NCBI GenBank assembly: GCA_001029775.1
Contig: CP011215.1
Coordinates: 123,187-187,186, forward strand
DNA: 64,000 nt
Direction: 5' to 3'
Origin: Candidatus Campbellbacteria bacterium GW2011_OD1_34_28
Lineage (GTDB): Bacteria; Patescibacteriota; Minisyncoccia; Phycocordibacterales; UBA12079
This document shows, one piece after another, positions 38,963-48,480 of the stretch; the first letter of the stretch is position 1, and each line of letters starts with the position of its first letter. The notes below the pieces were generated by a model that worked only from the letters and a program-made list of their open reading frames with translations, was not told where the DNA came from and did not search any database. Position numbers and translations under genes: made by a program.

Positions 38963-41791
38963 TTAAAATTCAATAATTTTTGATCCACAATCCAAAGGAC
39001 AATTCAAGAAATTCTCGTTTGAATTACATGCATTGTCTCCACAGAAAGAATTTTCATTATCTATTGGTTCTCCACAATCTTGAGGACAAAGACTACCCTC
39101 TCCTTGTTCACAAACATTGTTTTCACATTCTGGCTCACAATCTTGCGGACAATTATTAGCATTTTCCCCAGATCCACAAATATAATCTGTTCCACATCCT
39201 TCTGGACAATTTTCAGAACATCCAAGACGACAATCTGTTCCACAATCTCCAGCATTTTCAGTCATACAATTATTACTACATCCATCTCCACTGTTTGTGT
39301 TTCCGTCATCACACTGTTCTTGTCCTTCCTTTACCCCATTTCCACAGACAGCATTTCCTGCTCCTCCTTCAATAGCACAAACACTGCTACATCCGTCCCC
39401 ACTATTTGTGTTTCCATCATCACATTCTTCACCTGTATTTAATGTTCCGTTTCCACAATTTACGCTGACATTTGTCCTAATTGCCGAACAACTCGCGATT
39501 GTTCCCCCATTTCCCGCACATCTCCAATTTGCTGTTTGGCCGGGCAAAGGAAAGGCTGGTGCTGTAAATACCGTTTCCAAAGAATTAGATCCTGTTGAAT
39601 TTATAGGAGTTCCAACCTTACACCACGCACTGCCTGAAGGCCAAGTAGTTTCTGTTGCCAAATAAGTTCCTTTTCTCTGAGCATTTCTTATTCCACAGTC
39701 GCCGTTGGTTACGATAGGTACACTAGGTACATTAGCTCTAGTTGCAGAACAAGTATCTCCCAATCCGGTTCCCTGAGGAATTGGCAAACAACTCCACCAA
39801 ACTGTCTGTCCTGGGTTTGGGAAACTTGTCGGAGTTCCTGAAGGAGTCCCCAATTTACACCAAGCACTGCCAGATGGCCAAGCGGTTTCTGTTGCCAAAT
39901 AATTTCCTTCTCTCTGAGCATTTCTTGCTCCGCAATCCCCGGGCAAGTTACAACTTACTGAACGACTAAGTGTTCCTATCAAAACGTCTATTAGACACAT
40001 CGATCCATTTGCGACAGGTAATCCCTGACACATATCTCCGATTCCAGGTCTTGGACAACAGTGACATCCGTTTTGGGTAAATTTTGCTGTTGCAGAAATA
40101 ACAGTCGGACTAGTTGAGATTGTTTTTACAACTCTGTGTACTCTGGTTGGATTTGCTTCATGTCCATAATCAATAATACTGATACCACCAGCATTGTCAG
40201 TTATCTTTGCTTGCAAACCATTTACACAAGCCCCACAAACCACTCTTAGCGTAACATCCATTATTGCAGTTCCTCCACAAGTCGGAGTAACAGGTTCTCT
40301 AGACACCCAAAATGTTGTTGTGGGAATACCTCCTCCACACATACAAAGAGCTTCTGTCTTTTGATAATCACCAAAGAACAAAATTCCAGGAAGAAATACG
40401 ATCATAATCATCACTGCTAAATCAATTTTCCCTTTTCTTTTTAAATAAACAAAAATTCCTATCAAGACAATTAACAATCCAATCAATATATACATGTCAT
40501 AACTTTTTACTCCATACTTTTTGAAATATTTGATATCCATACTGTAACTATCCAAAACATCCCCTGTCTTTGTATCTTTGATCACCAGATTCATTTCTTT
40601 TAATTTTGTTCTTTGAGAAACAGCGTCATCAAAAATAATTTTTCCTCCATATTCATCCAAAGAAACTTCTTTTGAAAAAGTTTGATCAAATCCCCAACTT
40701 CCAGTCAAATGCAATTCTGCCGTAACAGAATTTCCCTTTCCGTTGATTGAAACAACCTCAGCAGAAATTTCTAGCTTTTCACCATTCTTGTAATAATTTC
40801 TTCCTGAATCAACACTCATAATACGAGCAATCAACTGACCATATTCAACCAACCATCTCAAATTTCTTGTAAACAAATATTCATCTTCATCATTAATCAA
40901 AGAAAATTTTATTTCAAAAGGACCTCCTTTTTTCAAAACCTCATTGCCAGCAGTATCAATTTCTACAAAAAGAGAATCTTGCCCATCAACAACCTTTCTT
41001 GAAAGATCACCTTTTGAAGAAACAATCAGTTTCTTTTCCCCCAAAGTGTCATATATATCCATTTCGTATTTCATCACCTTTGAAGATTTTACATAAGCAT
41101 CCACTCCAGCATTTTCACCTAATGGAATCAAAATAAGAGGTTTGTCTTCTGGTGTAGTAGAAAGTCCCACCATAGGTGCTGTTTTTCCATAAGTGGTTGT
41201 ATAGAAATACATTTTTATTCCGGAAAGTCTTCCTCCTGTTCCGTCTAGTAGAATAGGTTCTTCTATGAAATCAACATTTTGAAATTTTAAATTTTTGTCA
41301 TTAACAAAAACTTGAACAAAATAATTTCCTGTCTCAATATTTTTAGGAACATCAATAGACAAGATTTTTGTTTGAACGGCATTAGGAGCAAGTTTTCCCA
41401 AGTTTTTTACTTCTTGATATGTGTGTTCTGTCGTTGAAAAAATATATCCTTCTGTAGCCAATGCTTCTCCTCTTCTTATTTCAACTACATATTCCAGATC
41501 ATCCAAAAAATTGGCTGTATTATTTTTGATATCTGTTTGAACACTCAATTTTCTGTTCGCTTGATCAAAAGAAATATCTTTTATTTTCAATTCTACTTCG
41601 GGAATATAAGGAACTGTTTCCCCTGCATAGTTTACAGTAATACCTTCTACATCATCGCCAAAACTATTTTCTTCGGCGACTGCATCCACAACGGGAGAAT
41701 CTCCTTCCACAGCAAAAAGCTGTGTCCCAAAACTGACCATTCCTGAAAGGAAAATGGCCAACATCAAAAACTTAACAAATGTTGATTTCAT
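38963..41791 (-). CDS. Large secreted/membrane protein with Cys-rich and Myxococcus-type disulfide (DUF4215) repeats
   Basis: Signal peptide, central TM pair, two CG..W..C..FP repeats, two CGNG....EECDDGN...GDGCS repeats, C-terminal CPLDC..IEF. Confidence 0.85.
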   Translation of the reverse strand: MKSTFVKFLMLAIFLSGMVSFGTQLFAVEGDSPVVDAVAEENSFGDDVEGITVNYAGETVPYIPEVELKIKDISFDQANRKLSVQTDIKNNTANFLDDLEYVVEIRRGEALATEGYIFSTTEHTYQEVKNLGKLAPNAVQTKILSIDVPKNIETGNYFVQVFVNDKNLKFQNVDFIEEPILLDGTGGRLSGIKMYFYTTTYGKTAPMVGLSTTPEDKPLILIPLGENAGVDAYVKSSKVMKYEMDIYDTLGEKKLIVSSKGDLSRKVVDGQDSLFVEIDTAGNEVLKKGGPFEIKFSLINDEDEYLFTRNLRWLVEYGQLIARIMSVDSGRNYYKNGEKLEISAEVVSINGKGNSVTAELHLTGSWGFDQTFSKEVSLDEYGGKIIFDDAVSQRTKLKEMNLVIKDTKTGDVLDSYSMDIKYFKKYGVKSYDMYILIGLLIVLIGIFVYLKRKGKIDLAVMIMIVFLPGILFFGDYQKTEALCMCGGGIPTTTFWVSREPVTPTCGGTAIMDVTLRVVCGACVNGLQAKITDNAGGISIIDYGHEANPTRVHRVVKTISTSPTVISATAKFTQNGCHCCPRPGIGDMCQGLPVANGSMCLIDVLIGTLSRSVSCNLPGDCGARNAQREGNYLATETAWPSGSAWCKLGTPSGTPTSFPNPGQTVWWSCLPIPQGTGLGDTCSATRANVPSVPIVTNGDCGIRNAQRKGTYLATETTWPSGSAWCKVGTPINSTGSNSLETVFTAPAFPLPGQTANWRCAGNGGTIASCSAIRTNVSVNCGNGTLNTGEECDDGNTNSGDGCSSVCAIEGGAGNAVCGNGVKEGQEQCDDGNTNSGDGCSNNCMTENAGDCGTDCRLGCSENCPEGCGTDYICGSGENANNCPQDCEPECENNVCEQGEGSLCPQDCGEPIDNENSFCGDNACNSNENFLNCPLDCGSKIIEF

Positions 41792-42021
41792 AATTTTTAC
41801 TTATAAATAAAATAAACCTAATAATATATCTTTAATTGTATACCACTGACCACATAAATAAAGGTACAATGTGGATATCGCTATCAAAAAAGACTTGTCG
41901 TTTCAAGAAATAATCAAATAGACCTATACCTTGCTTTAAAATAAATACCGTGATATTATTTTTTATGTTAGAGATAAGTTCGCCGAATAGGCGGACTCGT
42001 TTTTTTAAAAAATTAATAATA

Positions 42022-42120
42022 GCGTATAGGGTTTAGCGTTTAGGGTTTAGTAAAGACAAATTTTGCCGAAGGCAAAATTTGTTCTCCTATACGCTGTACC
42101 CTATACCCTATACCCTAAAC
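42022..42120. repeat. Heptamer-flanked hairpin element in the nusA leader
   Basis: (TAGGGTT/TAGCGTT)n + AAATTTTGCC-GAA-GGCAAAATTT + (CCCTATA)n; related copy at 46706-46812. Confidence 0.7.
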
Positions 42121-42122
42121 AT

Positions 42123-43379
42123 ATGTTAGACCTAAAAACAATAAACGCTGTTCTAGACGAACTGGAACAAGAAAAAGGAATTCCTAGAGAAAAAATCATC
42201 GAAGCAATCGAGATGGCTTTGGCGAGCGCCTACAAAAAAGAATATGGCAAAAAAGGCCAAATAATCCGCGCAAAATCTGATCTAAACTCTGGAAAGACAG
42301 AATTTTCACAAGTAAAAATCGTTGTGGACGAATCAATGCTTAAACCAGAAATTGAAGAAGGCGAAGAAGAGGAAATAGTAGAAGAAACAGAAGGAGAAGA
42401 CACAAAAGTAAGATTTAATCCTGAACAGCACATAATGATAGAAGATGCCCAAAGAATCAAAAAAGGTGTTGCTTTGAATGACGAAATCATTTTCCCATTG
42501 GAAGAAAAAGATGATTTTGGAAGAATTGCCGCTCAAACAGCAAAGCAAACAATCATCCAAAAGATCAGAGAAGCTGAAAAATCTTCTGTTTTCAAAGAAT
42601 TTGGTTCAAAAGAAGGTGATATCATCAGCGGAACAGTACAAAGAATTGAAAGAGGTAATATTTTCGTTGATTTGGGTAGAGCAACAGGCATATTGCCTTA
42701 TGAAGAACAAATCAGAAGCGAAAGATACAAACAAGGTGAAAGAGTTCGTGCTTACCTATATTCAGTAGAAGAAAGTCCAAAAGGCGTATTCTTGAAACTG
42801 TCTCGTACTCATCCTCAATTTCTTTACAAATTGTTTGAAGTAGAAGCTCCAGAAATTGCTAGCGGAATTGTAGAAATCAAAGGAATTGTAAGAGAATCGG
42901 GATCTCGTTCAAAAGTGGCTGCTTATTCAAACGATGAACACATTGATCCAATTGGTTCTCTTGTAGGACAAAGAGGTGTCAGAGTTTCTACGATTATGAG
43001 CGAACTAGGAGGAGAAAAAATAGATATCATAGAGTGGTCAGAAGATCCTCAAAAATACATAGAAGACGCTTTGTCTCCTGCAAAAATAATGAGTATCATA
43101 CTAAACGAAGACGAAAAAACTGCGACAGTTGAAGTATCCGAAGATCAACAATCATTGGCAATCGGAAAAGGTGGACAAAATGTAAGATTGGCTGCCAAAT
43201 TGACTGGTTGGAAAATTGACATCAAAGGTGTTGGTGGAGTAGATTTGGAAAAAAGAGAAAGAAAACAACCAGAAGAAACAAAAAAGGTTGAAGAAACTCC
43301 AAAATCAGAAGACATCGAAACAACAAACACAGAAAAAGTTGCGGAAACAACACAAGAAATAGAAAAAACTGAAGAATAA
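42123..43379 (+). CDS. nusA: Transcription termination/antitermination factor NusA
   Basis: FGRIAAQTAKQ, S1 and KH domains, AIGKGGQNVRLAAKLTGWKIDI. Confidence 0.97.
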   Translation: MLDLKTINAVLDELEQEKGIPREKIIEAIEMALASAYKKEYGKKGQIIRAKSDLNSGKTEFSQVKIVVDESMLKPEIEEGEEEEIVEETEGEDTKVRFNPEQHIMIEDAQRIKKGVALNDEIIFPLEEKDDFGRIAAQTAKQTIIQKIREAEKSSVFKEFGSKEGDIISGTVQRIERGNIFVDLGRATGILPYEEQIRSERYKQGERVRAYLYSVEESPKGVFLKLSRTHPQFLYKLFEVEAPEIASGIVEIKGIVRESGSRSKVAAYSNDEHIDPIGSLVGQRGVRVSTIMSELGGEKIDIIEWSEDPQKYIEDALSPAKIMSIILNEDEKTATVEVSEDQQSLAIGKGGQNVRLAAKLTGWKIDIKGVGGVDLEKRERKQPEETKKVEETPKSEDIETTNTEKVAETTQEIEKTEE

Positions 43380-43711
43380 ACAAAAACCACGCAAGCCTCA
43401 AACTTGCGTGGTTTTTGTTTATCTACCTCTTCTGAAACTACTTTTTTAAATAATCTCGGAAGAAGTTCGGTTGGTTTCCATTTACCAACCGAACAAATTT
43501 TTTATTTTTTGAAATTTCTTCACGACCATCTGCCGTTGAGACAGGGGGCAGTTGACCAAACGAGGGCGGAACGAGTGTTCCAATGTTCGATCAGATAGGG
43601 GCCGTTTCAATTTCTATCCTTTTACAAGGATACCATAATATAACACTCCTGTCAAGCCTTAAAACTCCATTTAAAAAAGGCGGAACCGCAGTTCCGCCTT
43701 TTTCTCTCGTA

Positions 43712-44593
43712 TTATTTTCTATTTTTGCCAGCCGAGAGTATCACCGGCATATAGTAACTTATGTTTTTTCGTGCATCCTTGGTGGCTGCACACTGGGCTG
43801 TTGTTCCGTCGCTTTGAATGCAAACCCAGGAGACACTTTTCCCTGGTTCGGGAAACGGTGGTGTTTCTTCGGACGAACCGAATTTGCACCAAACACTGTC
43901 CGACGACCACTCCGTCTCGTGTGTGGCATAGGAAGTCGCCCGATCCCCACATTCAGCGGGTGGAGTGTAAATTTTAACAGTCGGATCTCCTCCAAGCTGT
44001 GCACATCCCGTGTCAACACACTCGGGAAACATCAGCCCAGCATTGTTGAATGCATCCCCCACCATATTCCCATTACCAAGTCCGTTAAGAATCTCGGTTA
44101 TAAAAGGAAGTGAGTGATTCAAACAATCAAGACATGTCGGAGATGCCAAATCGACAAAACCGACTATCGCCTTTGCTGTAGAAGCAAATGTCCCCGGACC
44201 TTCGGCGTTCATGGTAGTACAACCATAAGCAATAAGAAGGTCAGACGGAGGAAGAGCCGTTGCCGGAATCCATGTCGTATCGCAGGTCGTCTTGAAATCA
44301 TCAGGCCCAGCACTATGCCCAGCGTTAAAAACAAACGACGCACCGCCCTCAGGGACGGAAGACAAAATGGTCTGCTCATCCGGACCGACAAGGACCGTCT
44401 TGGGCGAACCAATTTTGTCTGCAAAAAGTTCCGCTTCCTGTTTGAAAGGCCACCACAACTCCGAACATTCGGATGTGTTGGGATCAAGAGCAACTGCAGA
44501 TATGATATAGCTGTTTCCAACTACTTCCCCAGACACTGCGACCCCATAAGAGAGGGTCAGAAAAATGAAAAACAACAATCCTATTTTTTTCAC
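43712..44593 (-). CDS. Secreted protein: putative clan CD (C25-like) peptidase domain plus one Cys-rich repeat
   Basis: Signal peptide; FVFNAGHS...IAYGCTT His/Cys spacing; ECG..W..WC..FPEPG..SW.C repeat; visibly higher GC. Confidence 0.6.
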   Translation of the reverse strand: MKKIGLLFFIFLTLSYGVAVSGEVVGNSYIISAVALDPNTSECSELWWPFKQEAELFADKIGSPKTVLVGPDEQTILSSVPEGGASFVFNAGHSAGPDDFKTTCDTTWIPATALPPSDLLIAYGCTTMNAEGPGTFASTAKAIVGFVDLASPTCLDCLNHSLPFITEILNGLGNGNMVGDAFNNAGLMFPECVDTGCAQLGGDPTVKIYTPPAECGDRATSYATHETEWSSDSVWCKFGSSEETPPFPEPGKSVSWVCIQSDGTTAQCAATKDARKNISYYMPVILSAGKNRK

Positions 44594-44849
44594 GAGACAC
44601 CTCCCTTTCTTTTTGTTTTTTGTGTATATTTCGTGTAGAAAGACTTAAACCTATAAGTCCTTACAAACCTATAAATAATAGTGTCACAAATTCTTAAAAA
44701 AATCAAGGTGTGTGGATAAATTGCTTGTATTTATATTTTTATCAACAAATAATACTTTGTACAATATTCCTGTTTCCTTGTATAATTAAAGTAATGCGAA
44801 AAAATCGTTATCTTTTCGTGTTAATTTATTTAACTTATATAAAAATATT

Positions 44850-45578
44850 ATGAAAAAAATTATTACTTCCCTATTGGTTATGGCATTTGTTATGTCACTA
44901 GGGATTACAGCCTCAGCAGATGAAAATGCAACATCAACAGCAACCTCAACTATCAAAAACCAAGTAAGAAAAGAGGTTGAAAAAAGAAATACAATCAGAG
45001 AAACTTATCAACAAAAATTAAACGAACTGAAAGACAGGTATAAAGAAAACAAAGATCAACTGAAATCTACAACAACAAACGCCTCAACAACAGCAAGAGA
45101 TCTTAACAAACAAAAACAAGAAGAAAAGAGAAATCTTATTCAACAAAGACTGACTGCCCAAATAAAAGAAAGAGTGCAAGCTCAAAACGAAAAAATAGTG
45201 GCTCGTTTTGAAAATGTTATTGAAAAACTTGGTGAAATAAAAACAAAAATTGCTGAAAGAATTACAGCAATGGAAGCAAGAGGAATCGATATGACAAATT
45301 CAAAAGAGCTTTTGAATTTAGTTCAACCAAAGATCGATGCAGCTAAAACAGCCATTCAAAATATGACAACCGAACTAACAACAATCTTGAATTCTGAAAA
45401 TCCGAAAGAATCTTATGAAAAAGCAAGAGAATTAGCAAATTCAGCAAAGACAGCAATTCAAGAAGCACACAAGAGTTTGGTTGATGTTATTACATCAATA
45501 AAAGCGTCTGTTAAGATAGTTCCTTCAGCAGAAACGGCGACAACGACCCCAACAGCAACAACAACAGACACTCAGTAA
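44850..45578 (+). CDS. Secreted coiled-coil hypothetical protein
   Basis: Signal peptide (ASA), long helical K/E/Q-rich body, Thr-rich ends. Confidence 0.8.
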   Translation: MKKIITSLLVMAFVMSLGITASADENATSTATSTIKNQVRKEVEKRNTIRETYQQKLNELKDRYKENKDQLKSTTTNASTTARDLNKQKQEEKRNLIQQRLTAQIKERVQAQNEKIVARFENVIEKLGEIKTKIAERITAMEARGIDMTNSKELLNLVQPKIDAAKTAIQNMTTELTTILNSENPKESYEKARELANSAKTAIQEAHKSLVDVITSIKASVKIVPSAETATTTPTATTTDTQ

Positions 45579-45664
45579 GAAAGACCATTTAAAACTAAAT
45601 ATTTGAATAAAATCAAATAGTAGTATAAAATGCATTATTAATTAACAATTTAATTTAAAATAGT

Positions 45665-45949
45665 ATGGAAGATACAATGAATCAAGGATCAAATCCTGAA
45701 TCAAATATGGGTGACAACCAAAAGTCAACAGGTTCAATCGTAGGGATAATAATCGTTGTTATTATTCTTGTGTTAGGAGGTTTTTACTTCTGGGGAGAAA
45801 AGTTGGATAAAAACGGAGACGACACAACAAACACAGAAGAAACAGCTACAACAACAGAAGAAACAGCTGATATAGAAGCTGATCTAGGCGCAGTAGATAC
45901 AAATCTAGATGCTGATCTAGAAGGTGTTGCAGACGCATTGACTCAATAA
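45665..45949 (+). CDS. Small single-TM acidic protein
   Basis: GSIVGIIIVVIILVLGGFYFW TM followed by an acidic tail; terminator at 45970-46003. Confidence 0.8.
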   Translation: MEDTMNQGSNPESNMGDNQKSTGSIVGIIIVVIILVLGGFYFWGEKLDKNGDDTTNTEETATTTEETADIEADLGAVDTNLDADLEGVADALTQ

Positions 45950-46052
45950 TAATTTTGAGAAATCAATAAACAAAAAATTGCCCGTTCGGGCAATTTTTTT
46001 GTTTTAAAAAAGCCGTCTGTTTCCCGCGAGGGGTAGACGGCTTTTAACATTT

Positions 46053-46535
46053 TCAAACAGCAGGCTTGTGGTCCTGAACCCAAAGGACAGTCGCCAAGCC
46101 GGCGATGTTGATGTCGTATTCACCAGCAAAATAACGAAACCGCTGATTAATACTGATATGAAATCCTGCAAAAACAATAATAAAAGAACTTGCAAAAATA
46201 AAAAGCTGATCAAATCCATACAAGATCCCCGAAACAGCCAAGAGAAAAAACAGAGTATAAGCTGGTTCTAAAAAACCCAATTTCCAGAATTTCCAATCCG
46301 AGACGGAAACCAGAAAGAAGAGAAAAACAGAAACAAAAACCGAAGATATTATAACGACAGAAGCAAGTGAATTAATTAAAAATCCTTCTCCTATCATTTG
46401 GAATCCACACCAGGTGTTACTGACACTGACAAAAAGAACCAGTGCAAACATCATACCCATCCACAGAGAAGACCCCGCTTCAAAAAAACTTTTCTGCTCA
46501 ATTGTTCTCTTCATCAAATTCTCCTTTTTAGTCAA
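46053..46535 (-). CDS. Hypothetical multi-TM protein
   Basis: About four hydrophobic segments; AAGGAG SD before MKRTIEQ. Confidence 0.65.
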   Translation of the reverse strand: MTKKENLMKRTIEQKSFFEAGSSLWMGMMFALVLFVSVSNTWCGFQMIGEGFLINSLASVVIISSVFVSVFLFFLVSVSDWKFWKLGFLEPAYTLFFLLAVSGILYGFDQLFIFASSFIIVFAGFHISINQRFRYFAGEYDINIAGLATVLWVQDHKPAV

Positions 46536-46705
46536 TGGTTTATTTCAAGTAAAAATCTAAATTGAATATAACAAAACAAAATACATTCCGTCAAGCAAGT
46601 ATGCTAAAACACGACTTACTCCTTACTCCTTACTACTAGTTACTCGTGTGTTGGACTTTTCCTCATATTTTTTATAGTATTAGAATCTAATTAAAAAAAT
46701 AACAA

Positions 46706-46812
46706 AGCGTATAGCGATTAGCGTTTAGGGGATAGGTTATGAACGAATTTTGGCTCTGCCAAAATTCGTTTGTCGCATATCTACACCCTACACCCTATAC
46801 CCTATACCCTAC
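46706..46812. repeat. Heptamer-flanked hairpin element in the tig leader
   Basis: TAGCGTTTAGGG...GAATTTTGGC-TCT-GCCAAAATTC...(CCCTATA)n. Confidence 0.7.
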
Positions 46813-46818
46813 AAAAAG

Positions 46819-47865
46819 ATGATTAAATTTGATGTAAAAGTTGAAAAACTAAAAAATTCCGAGGTTGAAATAACAGGATCTATTCCTTTTGAAGAATTGG
46901 AAAAATTTAGAAAAGAAGCGGTAGAAAAGGCAGGAGCAGGAATAAAGATAGACGGCTTTAGAGAAGGAAAAATCCCTGAGAAAATTTTGATTGAAAAAAT
47001 TGGTGAAATGGCAATCTTAAATGAAATGGCAGAAATAACATTTGGTTATGCTTATGTGGATATTTTATTGATGAACAAAATTGATGCAATCACATCCCCT
47101 CAGGTAACAATAACAAAATTGGCAAAAGATAATCCTTTTGAATTTAAAGTAAAAGTAGCCGTAATGCCAAAATTTGAATTGGCAGATTACAAAAAAATCG
47201 CCAAAAAAGAAATGGAAAAAAAGACCGATTCAACCGACGCGACAGAAGAAGAGCTGGATAAAACTATCGAGCAAATTCAAAAATCTCAAAAACATATCAA
47301 AGAAGACGGAGCAGAAGTAACCGAGAAAGATTTGGAAAAAGATTTGCCTGAATTAAATGACGAATTTGTAAAAAAACTTGGCGATTTTAAAGACGTGGAG
47401 GATTTCAAAAACAAACTCAAAGAAAATATTAAGCACGAAAAAGAACACAAACAAAAAGAAAGTAGAAGATTGGCTATTTTGGAAAATATTATAAAAGAAA
47501 CCGAGATAGACTTGCCAGAAATATTGGTTGATTCAGAGTTGCGAAAAATGATTGCAGAAATGAGAGACAGCATCGGCAGAATGGGACTCAATTTTGAAAA
47601 ATATTTGGAACAAATAAAAAAGACAGAGGATGATTTGAGAAAAGAATGGCGAGCTGACGCAGAAAACAGAGTAAAGGGCCAATTGGTTCTAAACCAAATT
47701 TCATTGGATGAAAAAATTCTGCCAGACGAAACACAAGTAAAGAAAAATGTAGATATGCTGATGTCTCAATATAAAAATGCAAAAAGAGAAAATGTGGAAG
47801 TTTATGTAAGTATGATGATTACGAATGACGAGGTGTTTAAACTTCTTGAATCTCAAAAAGTTTAA
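46819..47865 (+). CDS. tig: Trigger factor (short form, reduced PPIase domain)
   Basis: IDGFREGKIP ribosome-binding motif; LPELNDEFVK; upstream of clpP. Confidence 0.92.
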   Translation: MIKFDVKVEKLKNSEVEITGSIPFEELEKFRKEAVEKAGAGIKIDGFREGKIPEKILIEKIGEMAILNEMAEITFGYAYVDILLMNKIDAITSPQVTITKLAKDNPFEFKVKVAVMPKFELADYKKIAKKEMEKKTDSTDATEEELDKTIEQIQKSQKHIKEDGAEVTEKDLEKDLPELNDEFVKKLGDFKDVEDFKNKLKENIKHEKEHKQKESRRLAILENIIKETEIDLPEILVDSELRKMIAEMRDSIGRMGLNFEKYLEQIKKTEDDLRKEWRADAENRVKGQLVLNQISLDEKILPDETQVKKNVDMLMSQYKNAKRENVEVYVSMMITNDEVFKLLESQKV

Positions 47866-47990
47866 ACACGGAGAAAGGAGAGAGGGGTAAGGAGTAAGAA
47901 AATAAAAATTTAAAAAAGCTGATAGCCGATAGCAAAAAAGAAAACCCGCAAAAAACTTGCGGGTTTTTGCGGGTTGCCGGACTGCTATTG

Positions 47991-48308
47991 TTATTGTTCG
48001 GGTTTATCGCCGATACCCGACATCCTCAAAATAATGTGAGCAGCAACAACACAGATAGCAGCGAGTATTGTTAAAGAAATCGCAAGTATCATGGGATAAA
48101 GGGGATAAAAAATCCCAAGCTTTTCCAAAATCTCAACCTGATTCAATCCTGAATCAAATGTTTCTTTTAGATAAATGAAAACGAATATAAATTTGAAAAT
48201 GAAAATTATTATTTCGACATCTTCTTTCAAAAATTCTCGGGTTCTTGCAAGCATTATTTCCTCCGTCAGAAAAAAATTATATAGATTACTCTGAATTACG
48301 AAACTCAT
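47991..48308 (-). CDS. Hypothetical membrane protein (likely start MLART at ~48254)
   Basis: Two TMs; GGAGG SD before the internal ATG. Confidence 0.55.
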   Translation of the reverse strand: MSFVIQSNLYNFFLTEEIMLARTREFLKEDVEIIIFIFKFIFVFIYLKETFDSGLNQVEILEKLGIFYPLYPMILAISLTILAAICVVAAHIILRMSGIGDKPEQ

Positions 48309-48480
48309 GGATTGTAATACTGCTTCAAATTTTTTCTCAAAAGATTTGAAGTGCCAAGGCTCGCAAAGACGACAGCTTTGCTGTCGTCGACGGACGAAAA
48401 AGCAAAGCTTTTTCGTCCGTCTTCACGAGCGAAGCGAAGTGATCCATAAAATAATAGCGAGTTTCGTAACTCAGAATAGA

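Noticed and set aside
42030-42050. TTTAGGG telomere-like repeats
   Set aside because: Only two or three imperfect units, and one of many heptamer types here; no evidence of a chromosome end
42063-42122. N-terminal extensions of nusA, tig (46750), ppaC (51159), tpiA (28824), ASCH (12018) and ftsH (15666) in the ORF track
   Set aside because: They read through leader, heptamer or palindrome DNA (PYTLYP, CLPAGR); downstream ATGs fit the family N-termini better
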